From Octopus vulgaris (taxonomy: Eukaryota): a stretch of DNA of 64,000 nt. The notes below the pieces were generated by a model. It worked only from the letters and a program-made list of their open reading frames with translations. It made no database searches and was not told where the DNA came from. Shown here piece after piece: positions 12,989-25,278 of the stretch. Within the stretch, counting starts at the first letter, position 1; every line of letters starts with the position of its first letter. The stretch spans positions 56,110,001 to 56,174,000 of the forward strand of contig OX597823.1 in assembly GCA_951406725.2 (NCBI GenBank). The letters are read 5' to 3'. The position numbers were made by a program, and so were the translations under genes.

Positions 12989-14415
12989 CTCCCCCTTTGT
13001 TTCTCTCTCCTTTCTCTCTCTCTTTCCCACTCTCTTACTCTTCCTTTCTCTCGGACTCTCCCTCGCTTTCTCTTACTCTCTATCTTTCTCTATCTATCTC
13101 TCTCCCATTTATAAACAACAAAAGATCTTGAGTAAGTTGAGAAAAAAAGTAGTTTGAAAGATCAATCATAAATATCAGGTAGTGACAACGGAAAGGTCTG
13201 CTTCAAGGCAGAAAGCAAAACACTAACATTTAAAAGGGACAGACGAACTTGCGAGCTGAAAAAAAAATATTGGAAACCAAAGTTTGAAGGGATGAAATCT
13301 GAAGATAGTAGAGTCACCATGGCTGGCATTTCTTAGCGACGGACAGCAACGTAATTGCAGTTTAACGGCTGGCGTAAAATTTTGAACTTGATGTAAAAGA
13401 AAATTCTTAAACACCAAGTTTTGAAGTGATTATTTTTCACGACAGTAGACTCACCATGGCAAGCATTCAAAACTTCTTCATCATGGACGGCAACACATTG
13501 ACGATTTAAAAGGCTGGCGCAAATTTTTTAGTTTGATGTAACAGAGAATTCCTAAATATTTCAAAACTGGAAAATTTTTCAAATTTACAGAAAAATTTTT
13601 GTTAACGACGGTCGGCTTGAGCATACAAATAAATTCATTTTATCCACGCAAAAATAAATAATATCTGTTACCTTTCTGAAAGACCTGTGGTAGGAATATT
13701 TAAACTTTTGCGGCTGTCATTGAGAGATGCGTTGGAGAAGAAAGAGAGACGGCGGAGGTGCCAAACGTCGTTATAGAGAGAGAGAAAATGGAGAGAAGGG
13801 GGAAAAGAGAGAGAACGAGGAAGAAAAGGTGATATATGAAAGAGAGGACTGAAAAATGAAATATTTTGAAACCTAAAGATGATTTGCTTTAAGAGAAAGA
13901 TTCTCATGATTGTGTGGTTGTGGTGGCGATGATAATTCTCTTTATGAATGCAGACAGACGTAGAGAGAGAGTGACAGCGCTGGCGAAGGAAAGATAGTAG
14001 ACGCTATCAAATGACGTTATAGAGAGAAATTGAAAGGAAGAGAGGGGAGAGAGAGAGATGGAGGAAGACAGGCAGACAATAGAATGCGATGGCGGCGAGG
14101 GAAAGATAATAGACGCTGTGAAACGACGTTATAAATAGAAAGTGATGGGAAAGGAGGAAAGAGAGTGAGTGATGGAGAAAGACAGATACATAAAAGAATG
14201 AGAGTAGACTTGTCAAAGTGCGTTTTTGGCCCTAGCAACGACACCTTTTTAGATAGGGATTTCTAACCTAGCCCACTCGCATCCTCACCTCGTTTTACAT
14301 GTCCCTGTAAATGTTGGAGTCAATCCGACGGGATCTAGTAGCCTTTAACCCGTTCTCAATGCCAAAACCAGACAAACAAACAAACTTTTCGCATTTCAGA
14401 ATTATAATATAGAGA
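12584..14415 (-). mobile_element. Larger Helitron-like element with internal tandem repeats and a nested SINE
   Basis: CTAG plus ACCCGC..GCGGGT hairpin at 12584-12615; TCTCTATATTATA 5' end at 14415; internal repeats of about 135 bp at 13300-13560. Confidence 0.55.
12645..12987 (+). mobile_element. SINE / LINE-tail element ending in (GAT)n, nested in the Helitron-like element
   Basis: Tandem ggcacgtaaaaagcacc units, ggcgttaggaagggcatccagctgtagaaac core, cggacgttaaacgatgatgat tail. Confidence 0.65.
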
Positions 14416-14814
14416 TACAGGGTGCGATGGGTAAATTGTCACCATTTTATATTTTTTAATATTCCATACGAGCCCCCAACAATTTGACCTCTTTGAAAGT
14501 CCGATAGATCTGTCAATCTGTCATTTTAATGAATTTTAATTACCTTTTCTGATGATATCTGAAAAGAAACAGCAATTTTCGGAAAACATTTTAAGCTACA
14601 CTAATAATAAAACAAAAAAAATTTAAATATTCAAGCTTTTGACGGTTTATAAATATTTCAAGTCAGGACACACTTTTGTCGTAAAAAAATAACTTCACCT
14701 GCGCATCAAACATATTTGTGTGTGTGTGTGGGGGGGGGTTATGTGTGGGGGGGGTTATGTGTGTGTGGGGGGGGTATGTGTGTATGTGTGTGTGAGCATG
14801 TGTGCGTGTGTGTG

Positions 14815-15109
14815 TGTTAAATAAAACGAGACAACAAAGCCAAGGCTGTGTGGAATTTTCTGGACATTTAAAAAGAGAAAGTTAGTTTTACTGTTTCTGG
14901 GTGTTAGCGATATCCCTTCATAGGGGGAAATATAAGAGTTCAGTATAAGGAGTTATTTTGGAAAAGGAAGGAAAGAAGGAGTATATAGGGAAATAGGAGA
15001 ATGAATGCTAATATATCTAATATCCCAGAAACAGCTGTAAGACTAACTTTCTCTTTATAAACGTCCTGAAAATTCCAGACAGCATTTGGGTTTGTTGTCT
15101 CTTTTTATT

Positions 15110-15115
<6 letters not shown>
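14815..15115. mobile_element. Fold-back element with decayed hammerhead remnants between (TG)n and (CA)n
   Basis: About 90-bp imperfect inverted arms, purine-rich spacer, cccaGAAACAGCTGTAagact on the right arm. Confidence 0.6.
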
Positions 15116-15203
<88 letters not shown>

Positions 15204-15563
15204 GTATGAAAGAGTAGCAGTGCTAGTGCAATAAAAATTATCAAACAAACGCACAAGCCCGGTATATTTGCGGGTAGTCTGCGTTATGGCGTGGTAGTGA
15301 ACACTCTCTCAAAGCGCCGGACAGCTGAGATAACTCACTTCTGATCCCATCCAGGAGTGATGGACGTCAATGTTTCGCCATTTTTGTAGCTTATCAGCCA
15401 CACGTACACGAACACAGACGCTTTGAAAGCGTAACCTCCACCTCAGCAAATCGGTGTCTACCGGCAAATACACGGGTAATGTACGATAAGTATATATGGT
15501 TGATGTGTTCCATCACGGCCACAGCCTTAGGGCTGAAACCTGTTTAAGAATAAAAGAACAAAA

Positions 15564-15632
<69 letters not shown>

Positions 15633-15635
<3 letters not shown>

Positions 15636-16019
15636 TTATTATATAAAATCCGTTCTGTCTGTCTGTGTGTGTGTCTTCTAGGATCTTGGGCATCTTCCAT
15701 CCGATTGCGCCCAAATTTGATATCTAGATACCGACGGTATAAGGGTGTGTAGTATAAGTCTTGAAAAAATTACAAAAATGGATTCCAGGTGAGAATGCGA
15801 TCGATAAAGCCGTGGGAACGTGCATTTGTAAAATCGTTTTTCCTTGGATTAGAAAAAAGTCTACCTTTATTTCTTCTTTTGCTGGTGTCTCAAATTTAGG
15901 TTAAATCAGTGTTTCTCAAAGGGGAGGCCTATGGGATGGTCGGACAAGTTGTTTTGAGAAAATTTGGTTTAAATGTTTGACAACTCAGCATCGTCCATTG
16001 GACGGGGGCGTTTTGCTCG

Positions 16020-16020
<1 letters not shown>
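15633..16020 (+). mobile_element. Helitron-like element
   Basis: Begins ...attatataaaatccgttctgtctgtctgtgtg; ends CGTCCATTGGACG hairpin then CTCG|T. Confidence 0.45.
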
Positions 16021-16068
<48 letters not shown>

Positions 16069-16407
16069 TATTTTTGTATTTATATTCGTGTGACATCATC
16101 CGTTTTTCCGTCCTTTTTTCGTATACATTCGATGCTTTTTTCCAAGGAATCTAATGCTCTTAGCTTAGTTTTTCCTTGGGGCTGGCCAGATTAGAGCAAT
16201 CTCAAGATTAATAAGCCGAAATTGCGAGGATGATCCGGTTCTTGACTGAAGATAAAAGGCTTCGAATGACCCGTCCGTGTTTCTTTGTATCGTCTATCTG
16301 GATGTTCTATTGTCCCTTTTTGTATCACCTAATTGTCCGGATGTTTTGCGTTCTTGTCTCATTTTGTATTTTTATATATATAGCGGCGTAAGTACACTTT
16401 GTACTCT

Positions 16408-16445
<38 letters not shown>

Positions 16446-16745
16446 CATACATACACACATACACACATACATACATACACACATACATACACACATACAT
16501 ACACACATACATACATACATACATACACACATACATACATACACACATACATACACACATACATACACACATACATACACACATACATACATACACACAT
16601 ACATACATACATACATACATACATACATACATACATACATACATACATACATACATACAAATGTCTCTGTATGTGCGGCATTGTGTTTGTTTTGCTTGTG
16701 GTGAGTTTGTTTACATCCCCACAACGTAGCCCTTTTTTTTATTAG

Positions 16746-16800
<55 letters not shown>

Positions 16801-16828
16801 CATTTTGCGTATTATTTGTTTATTCCAG

Positions 16829-16938
16829 TTGTGATACAGGTGGTGACTGCGAATGTTTATGCGCAGCGATATCAAACTTCGCAGACATGTGCAGCAGACA
16901 CAACATTTATATCAAATGGAGAAGTCAAGAATTGTGTC
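16829..16938 (+). CDS. Exon: C8 domain C-part (GCDTGGDCECLCAAISNFADMCSRHNIYIKWRSQELC)
   Basis: ttccAG acceptor, GTATGT donor; C..GGDCEC.C is the vWF/mucin D3 signature. Confidence 0.93.
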
Positions 16939-17380
16939 GTATGTATCCCATTGTTCTTTTCTTTTCTTTATTTCTTTCTTTCTTTCTTTCTTTCTTTCTT
17001 TCCTTTCTTTCCTGTCTTCACTTTTTATCTACTTATTTATTCCATTTGCTCTTCCTTTTACTTGTTGGTTTAGTAGGAAGGAGTCGCTCTCAAGACCATC
17101 TCAGGTTTCTTCTAAGCTGATGAGATCATTTCCATTAACGGTCGATTCCTTTGATGAATAGTTATAAGCCAACTGTTGCTAGAGATATAAGCAGTGGAAT
17201 TGAATATCAGAGATCCGAAGGTTCTGGGCAAAGGAAGGACTGAATTTGGTAAATAGTGCGATTGGTTGTGATTGGGGCACAACAAGAGTAATGAGTTCTA
17301 TATTTAAGAGATGAGGAATTATGTACATTATTTACATTATTTACATTTGACGGATATTTGTCCTCATCTTGTTTGTTGTT

Positions 17381-17426
17381 AACACGACGTTTCGGCTCAT
17401 ATACCCACCAGCCTTCAACAGGTATC
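17381..17426 (-). ncRNA. Degenerate minimal hammerhead-like motif in a repeat (core CUGUUGA, probably inactive)
   Basis: Minus strand GAUAC-CUGUUGA-A-GGCU...AGCC-GAAA-CG-UC-GUGUU; stems I and II pair, core A6 mutated. Confidence 0.4.
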
Positions 17427-17866
17427 TTGGGGAAATTTCGAACCTAGGTTCTCATTCCTAAGGTACTTTTCGATAGCATCGACCCCAGTGCTCGACTCCG
17501 GAAGGATGAAAAGCAAAGTCGACCTCGGCAGAATTTAAACTCACAACGTAATGACGGACGAAATGCCACTGAACATTTTGCCCGGTGTGCTAACGATTCT
17601 ACCTGTTCCTCTCGTTATTGCCTGCTATATATTACTATTTGTATCTTATCGTGGATGGAATACTCTCACGAGAGTATTATAAGACTTCAGAATATACTGA
17701 GACATGTCCAATATTAATTTCTTACGAGCAAGGTTGTTCTTTCCACCAAAAGTTTTAATGGAAATGACCTTACTACGTTTATTTGCAACTGTACATAATA
17801 AATGTATTCATCCTTTTTTTTATTTTCATTTTCTTTCATCCTTTATGTTTTCTTTCAATTTTCTAG

Positions 17867-18016
17867 CAATTCAATGTGAAGAAAACTTCCGCTATTCAAC
17901 ATGTGGTTCTCCCTGTCCTCAGACCTGTAGAAATATTGGTGATGAACCAGAACCTTATTGTAAAACTACAAAATGTATCGAAGGCTGTTTCTGTGCTCCT
18001 GGGTTTATAAGAGACG
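17867..18016 (+). CDS. Exon: TIL domain (PIQCEENFRYSTCGSPCPQTCRN...CIEGCFCAPGFIRD)
   Basis: ttctAG acceptor, GTACGG donor; TIL cysteine pattern. Confidence 0.92.
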
Positions 18017-18950
18017 GTACGGTTTATATTCTTGAAAATGTTAATAAATTTATGTAGTAAACGACTTTATAATAAAAGCTCTAATTTGTCAGTGGGTTTT
18101 CGACTCCTAGCCGAGGCCAGCTTCCTTTTACTTACACCATCTTTGAAAAGGATGAGTGTCATAAAACTTTAATTCCATACCATTATCAATGTTTTGCATC
18201 ACTCTTCAATAAGACAGTTGTGTATTTTTGTCTCAGTATCGAAATAATCTTAAGTAGAAATACTGATACGTTCAGAAAGTGTGCCGTACAAAAACATATA
18301 GACCGATGCTAGCCAATCTACTAGGAACAGTGGCAAATGTAATCCCAGGTACATTGTGCCTATAACAAATGAAATAGTTGTAACTGGCATAGAACATAGA
18401 TCTACTCATATTATTGCAAATTGTGAATCTTCTGGTAGCGGTGGACCAGAAGCAGTAAAGCTAAGTGCATCAGTGAGTGTGGTGTTTACATTTTCTTCAA
18501 CCAGCCATGCAAGACATCAGAAAGCAGCAACAGTTTGTTTCTTCATCCTATGGCATCACTAAAGATATTGTTAATTTCTATTTGCAGTATATTTATGTAC
18601 TTGGAACCTAATCTGTTTTCTTTCTAAAACCACTAAGAAACAGCTGCATATTTGAAGAAGTGGATAATAATCATAATTATTATTTACAGTAAACAGTGAT
18701 GTCTATACAAACACAAAACATGTCTCGAATTAAATATTATAAATCAAATTATCCTTCCTTATAATCGAACTGTTCCATTATATAACGAAACAACAAAATA
18801 ACCAGAACAGGTAAAAGTAAAACAGAGGAAGAGTGTGAGTGAGAGATGTTGAGAAAATGGAGAGAAAGAAGAGAGGGGAAGAGAGAGGGGAGAAAATAAT
18901 ATGTGAGAGTATTATTTCCGGATCATTATATGATAACATTTTTATTTCAG

Positions 18951-19044
18951 GTAAGAAATGTATCCCGGCTATTGAGTGTCCATGCTATATGAACGGTCTG
19001 AGATACAGTCCAGGAACGAAGCTAAAAATCAATTGCAAAGAATG
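18951..19044 (+). CDS. Exon: TIL end / VWC-like (GKKCIPAIECPCYMNGLRYSPGTKLKINCKE), GC donor
   Basis: tttcAG acceptor; donor TG|GCAAGT gives TG+T = Cys with the next exon, same position and phase as exon 4418-4509. Confidence 0.85.
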
Positions 19045-19525
19045 GCAAGTATTCAGAATTTTGTGTTAATTACTTATATTAAATAGCATTAGTGCTGACA
19101 TGGACTAGCGATCAAGCAGTTTGCTTCCAGGTTATGAGGTCCAGAATTCGATCTTCCTGTGTGGCATTATGGAGAAATGTATTTGGGGGCAGCGAGCATC
19201 CAGAATTGTTAATACATATAACAAAATGCATATCGGCATTTCATGCAGAGTTCAAGTGCCTCCTCAGTCGAGGCTGCCCGTCGTCCTTTCTCTTTTACTC
19301 TTTTACTCTTTTAACTGTTTCAGTCATTTGACAGTGGCCATGCTGGAGCACCGCCTTTAGTCGAGCAAATCGACCCTAGGACTTATTCTTTGTAAGCCTA
19401 GTACTTATTCTATCGGTCTCTTTTGCTGAACTACTAAGTTACGGGGACGTAAACACACCAGCATCGGTTGTCAAGCGATGTTGGGTGAGGGGGACAAACA
19501 CAGACACACACACATGCACACACAA

Positions 19526-19568
<43 letters not shown>

Positions 19569-19575
19569 CATATAT

Positions 19576-19616
<41 letters not shown>

Positions 19617-20107
19617 TACGACGGGCTTCTTATAGTTTTCGTCTACCAAATTCACTCACAAGGCTTTGGTCGGCCCAACGCTATAGCAGAAGACACTTAC
19701 CCAAGGTGTCACGCAGTGGAACTGAACCCAGAACCATGTGGTTGGTAAGCAAGCTTCTTACTACACCGCCACTCACACGCCTATACGTCATCGCTAAAGT
19801 TAGGACCAGTAGAGTACTGGGTTGATGTGACTGATTATACCCCTTCCCTACAAAATTTCATGCCCGGTGCCTATAGTAGAAAAAATTACTTATAGCAATG
19901 TAATGTAAAAAGTTTTTTTCCTGCAATATGTGACACATTGAAAGAAATCGCATGAGACTATGAAGTTCACATCGTCATCGCTTGTTTTTTACTTCTATCC
20001 AAATCTCTTCAGTCAAAACTTACAATCAATCAAAAGCTTGGGCAGACAGCGGGAAAATGCACGGAAGGTTTTCTTGTGTTGTATACTTAATCCATCTCAG
20101 AAAAAAG

Positions 20108-20169
<62 letters not shown>

Positions 20170-20402
20170 CTGTCTTTCTTTTTGTTTTATTTCTTTCTTC
20201 CTGTCTCTTTATTTCTTTTTTCCTATTTCTCTCCCTCTAACCAAGCCTTCAAAAATTCACCAAAGTTCCAGCTTTATAACATCTTGCCAAGTTATTCTGG
20301 CTGATAATAACGTTCATGATCCACCTGTATATACACTGGTTAATTCTGAAACCATAACTAAAAGACCTCAACTTCATGTAAAGATCTCTTTATTCTTTTT
20401 AG

Positions 20403-20563
20403 TGTCTGCTCCGTGGGTAAATTCCAATGCACTAAGATTAAAGATTGTCCCAAGAAATGCAAGCCAGGTGAATTCCGGTGTACGATGGGAGAATGTATTG
20501 CCAAGGGGTATAAATGCGACAAGACTATCGATTGTAGAGACGGATCGGATGAATTAAATTGCA
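20403..20563 (+). CDS. Exon: VWC-like end plus LDLa repeat 1 ([54 protein letters not shown])
   Basis: tttttAG acceptor, GTAAGT donor; DC.DGSDE..C LDLa motif. Confidence 0.92.
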
Positions 20564-21556
20564 GTAAGTTACACAATCTATTCACAATAAAGTTGATTGT
20601 GAATTATAAAACATGAATTTTTGTATTATTATTACATTGTTATCTTAAGGTGATGGATTAGCAGAATCGAACAAAATACCTAGCAGTATTTCTTCCCCAC
20701 ACTTTAAATCAAATCCTGGCGAAGTTAATTTTCTGATCTTTTCAGTTTGACTTCAAATTTTCAATCTCTTCAACTCCTGCTCGAATTGATTTCATATTCG
20801 GTGTAATTATATAGTTTTATATACAAATCACAGCTTTGAAATTCATTTTCACAATAAGAGTTATTAGCTTTTAAAGTTTGCAAATTTGGGGTGATTTTAG
20901 CCAGACGTAAGTCACAGACACATTCATGCCTGTTTCCATAGTAATAAACCAAACATGAGAACTCTTTTATTCGCGAGAAAGCACGTGTTGACAAATATTT
21001 CCTACTCATTGAAGTAGTCGTCAGTTGTGCTAAAAATAACAGCCAAATAGGCCTTAGATCACGTATTAAAGACTTTTTTGCTTTATTTTTGGATAATCGC
21101 ATGAATTCCTGTGTAGAAAACAAATTCAGAAAAAACGTCTGAAAATTCCAAAAAATAAAAAAGTTATGCGGAGTTATATGGTGTGCGTAAAGCAGAATTT
21201 GATTTGTTTACAGATGACAACACGTGCTATCACGCACAAAATGACAGCTTCCAAATCCTGTTTTCTGACTGGGTGAAAATTATCAAACTTTGAACCTTTT
21301 TTTATTTTCTGGAAAAAGTGAAATATCTCCCGTGATTTAGCTTGGCAAACAACATGAATGCACTAAATTTTAAAATTTTCAATGAATTCTGAATTTTCAA
21401 AATTTGGTAGCCAAACAAACTGTGTGGTCAATAAAATAGAGTACCAGTAAAATACTGGGAGTCAAAATGATTGATTAATTTTCTTCCCTTAAATTTCTGG
21501 CGTTATACCATGATCCAGAAACGGACTAAATGCTTTACAGTAGTTATATTTATTTA

Positions 21557-22101
21557 CAGGGCTAATCAAAACGAATGAACCGATTTCATTATCCAATATT
21601 TTTATAAAGAAAAGCAATAGAAAACTCCAGCTAAGTCACAAGTATTTACTCACAATCAACTTTCATTTCCTGTCTTACAAGTGTTCAATGTGGCCATCAT
21701 CTGCAGCAACATCAATGCGATAAGAGAATTCCTCTCAGACGCGTACCAGCATATCACGATCCACTGAGTTGATCGCTGTTGTTATTCGATGTTTAAGGTC
21801 ATCGAGGTTAGTGGGTGGCGGTGGAACATAAACGCGATCTTTTACATATCCCCACTAGAAAAAAATCACACACGGTGAGGTCTGAGGATCTCGCAGGTCA
21901 AGCAGATACGCATCTGGTAGAAATTCTGTTATCGCATTGATATTGCTCGTGCTGCACATGGTGGCCACATTGAACGCTTGTAAGACAGGAAATAAAAGTT
22001 GATCGTGAGTAAATACTTGTGACTTAGCTGGAGGTTTCTATTGCTTTTCCTTATTAAAATATTGCGTAATGAAATCGGTTCATTCTTTTTAAATAACCCT
22101 G
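21557..22101 (-). mobile_element. Non-autonomous Tc1/mariner derivative, TA-flanked, long inverted arms
   Basis: TA|CAGGG...CCCTG|TA; minus-strand remnant resembling PARSSDLTVCDFFL..YVKDRVY...GHIEHL* (transposase C-terminus). Confidence 0.85.
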
Positions 22102-23158
22102 TATATTCTCAGATTAAGCCTTACTATGGCTCTAGTTAGTTTTTCACCATGTCTCCTGGTTCGATGAAATAATCAGTAATACTTTACTTTTAGCCGAGTC
22201 GAATTGGTGTTTCACCATTCTCGTGGACATGTATGATTTTGTGTTAATGTATGAACCCATAAATACTGAGTTCTGTAATTCATTGAGTCATAAGAAAAGG
22301 AAGTCAGACTAATGAAAATTACCTCTGAAAGATTCAGCTCGTGGGAGAAAATGAGACAGTTGCGAAGTCTAACGAAACCCTCATTAGTTCTGCCCTATTT
22401 TCGTTAATAACAGCGATAGAATTGTAACTCCTTGTAGTATCTACTTTCAACTATATGAACGTTATAATTTGAGTGTTAAGCATTCAGGAAATAGGCGAAG
22501 CGAAATTCCGCTCCCGGGGATACGCGTCATTGAACCTTTCTCTGATATTTCAACACTAATCTACTCGACTATCCGTGGATCTTTACTTCAATATAAATTC
22601 TATATTATACAATGCGGAGATTCAGCTGGTCATAACCGCTGAATCGCGTGGTGCATTCAGTCTACATACCAACTTACTATAAAGTAAAGGTAAAGTTACC
22701 TTCTCCAGTTATACCGACTCATAAGGGCCGGTTTTCTGGTTTCATGGCGTATACATTCCCCACCTAGATGGAACGCCGGTCTGTTTCAGGATTACTCCTT
22801 TTTGCCAGATGAATGGACTGGAGCAACGTGAAATGAAATGTTTTGCTCAAAAACACAACGCGTCGCCCGGTCCAGGAATCGAAACGACAATCTTACGCGC
22901 CTCTAAATCTCTCGCTATCTAAATCTCTCTATTGAAACTCTTAAATGATTATATGATAAAAATGTGAGCTTTCATTTTCTAATGGCTAAAATGCTTCTAA
23001 CATGATGCAAATCTTTTAGTATCAACACATGATAAATATCAAATCGTACCACTTACAGAGAAATATCACAGCTTCTGTTGCTGTGGCAACTTATGTTACT
23101 GATGAAGATACTTTTGCTGTACTCGGTGTCTTTTTTATACATTTGTTTTCTGTTGCAG

Positions 23159-23272
23159 ACTATACCTGTAAACCCGGAGAATTTGAGTGCGGTGATGGAC
23201 ACTGTATCCCTCTATCTAAAAAATGTAATGGTCTACCAGATTGTGTGCTTGGTAGTGATGAAACAAACTGCA
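23159..23272 (+). CDS. Exon: LDLa repeat 2 ([37 protein letters not shown])
   Basis: Phase 1-1 exon, AG/GTAAGT, six-Cys LDLa pattern. Confidence 0.92.
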
Positions 23273-23816
23273 GTAAGTGTGACTTTTTTTTTTTTTTGAG
23301 ATGATATAAAAGGAATGAACAAAATTTCTTACTGCTAGAAGCAGCGGCTTGAAATCAACTGCATCGTCTTTAAAACCAGTAGACATAGCACTTGATATTT
23401 CATGAAATTATAAAAGATGGATGATATTACTCAAACGTTTTTGTTCATAGGTTCTTTTTTATGCAGGCAGACCTAAGGGAGAGCAACAGCACAAAACAAA
23501 CAAATATTATATTAAGGGACATATACAGTGTAACAACTATACCGGCCATGCAATCCTTTTACATCCAGCGTTGCCGCTAATTATTTTCAGTTGAATGGAC
23601 AGCGGCAGCGTGAAATAATGTACCTCGTTTAAGCACAACAAATTGTCACCCGATCCGTGGATCCAATCCACGGACTTAAAATCATTTATGCAACTGTTTG
23701 ATCATTAAATCCTCGCGTAAACTTATAATGTGTGTCATAATAGACCGGTTTGATCTGCTCAGTAAAATTGCGAAAATAGTTGATACTTTACATCTGATTC
23801 TCTGAAGTCAAGAAAA

Positions 23817-24299
23817 TCTATATATATAAAACTGTAGTTGTGTGAGTGTCTGTCCCCTTCGATTTAGATTCCTAACTACTCCCACATTTTGCGGTGCAGT
23901 TTAACCAAATTCGGGTATCTTATAGTCGTGATTCATATCGAGCCCGTCTGAGTATTAGTGCGCGTCTACGATGAGTCTACGATTTTAAAAATAATTTAAC
24001 ATCATTTTTTATTCCATTTTAATGCATAATTTTTCGTGTGTCGATGGCGGCGGAGTTGGCGTCCATGGTCACACCTGCACCTGTTTGCTTTTCCCCCTTC
24101 TTCCCTCCCTCGTGAAGCTGTGGGGAAGGGAGTGTAAGGAAATCAACGTCGTAAAGCGTTGTCAAGGAGACCAGCGTTCTTTTAGAACAACGACTTCATG
24201 GCTCGAAGACACCACAACAGAAATGGCTAAGAAAGCCCGAATTGGCATCTATAAGGGAAGTAACTCTCTAAAAATGCTTATATAGTTATTTCCCTTACA
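23817..24299 (+). mobile_element. 3'-truncated copy of the same Helitron-like element abutting the LDLa-3 acceptor
   Basis: Near-identical to the reverse complement of 50140-50620; lacks the terminal hairpin. Confidence 0.8.
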
Positions 24300-24302
24300 T
24301 AG

Positions 24303-24422
24303 ACATATCATGCCACAGTACCCAGTTTGCCTGCAAAAATAAAAAATGCATTCCAAAATCTTTCAAGTGTGACGGTCATGTGGATTGTGGTATTGGTGAC
24401 ACTTCAGACGAAACCAATTGCC
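24303..24422 (+). CDS. Exon: LDLa repeat 3 ([39 protein letters not shown])
   Basis: Phase 1-1 exon, catAG acceptor, GTGAGT donor. Confidence 0.88.
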
Positions 24423-24444
24423 GTGAGTATGCCAAGTCACTTAT

Positions 24445-24481
<37 letters not shown>

Positions 24482-25239
24482 CCATATACATATACGCACA
24501 TATCCATACACACATACACACTGGCACATGTATATGTATGCTCAAACATACATACAAACACACGTACATGCACAAACCTACGTATTGAATTATATTTCAT
24601 CTAATGAACCCATGTTTGGTTCATTTTAAAAGCTGTTATTAGTGTCTATTTGCTGTTTAAAATATAATAAAAATAAGTCAGATAAAATCAGAATGTGTTC
24701 AACTATCGCTTCTTCACACCTCTGACGGTCATGTGCAAGATTGTGGTATTGGTGACACTTCAGATTGATACCAATTCTTGTGAAGGATGCCAAGTCACAA
24801 AACACAGACACACACACACACATTACGGGAACTAGATCCATATGGCCATATAGGCGCACATATTTCCATACTCATCAGAACTTATGTCTCGGCTATTCAA
24901 ATGCATGTATGCTTTAATTACGTACGTACATACATACATACATACATACATACATACATACATACATACATACATACATACACACATACCAGAATGTGTT
25001 TATCTATCGCTTCTTCACACCTCTACTCTTGTGCAAGAGAAGAATCTATTATAACATAGATTGATACCATTCTTGTAGAAGGAGCCGACAAAACCAGACA
25101 GCAACAAGAGATTACGGGAACTAGATTTGGCCAAAGGCGTTATTTCTATACTCATCAGAACTTATGTCTCGGCTATTCAAATGCATTATGCTTTAATTAC
25201 GTACATACATACATACATACATACATACATACACACATA

Positions 25240-25278
<39 letters not shown>

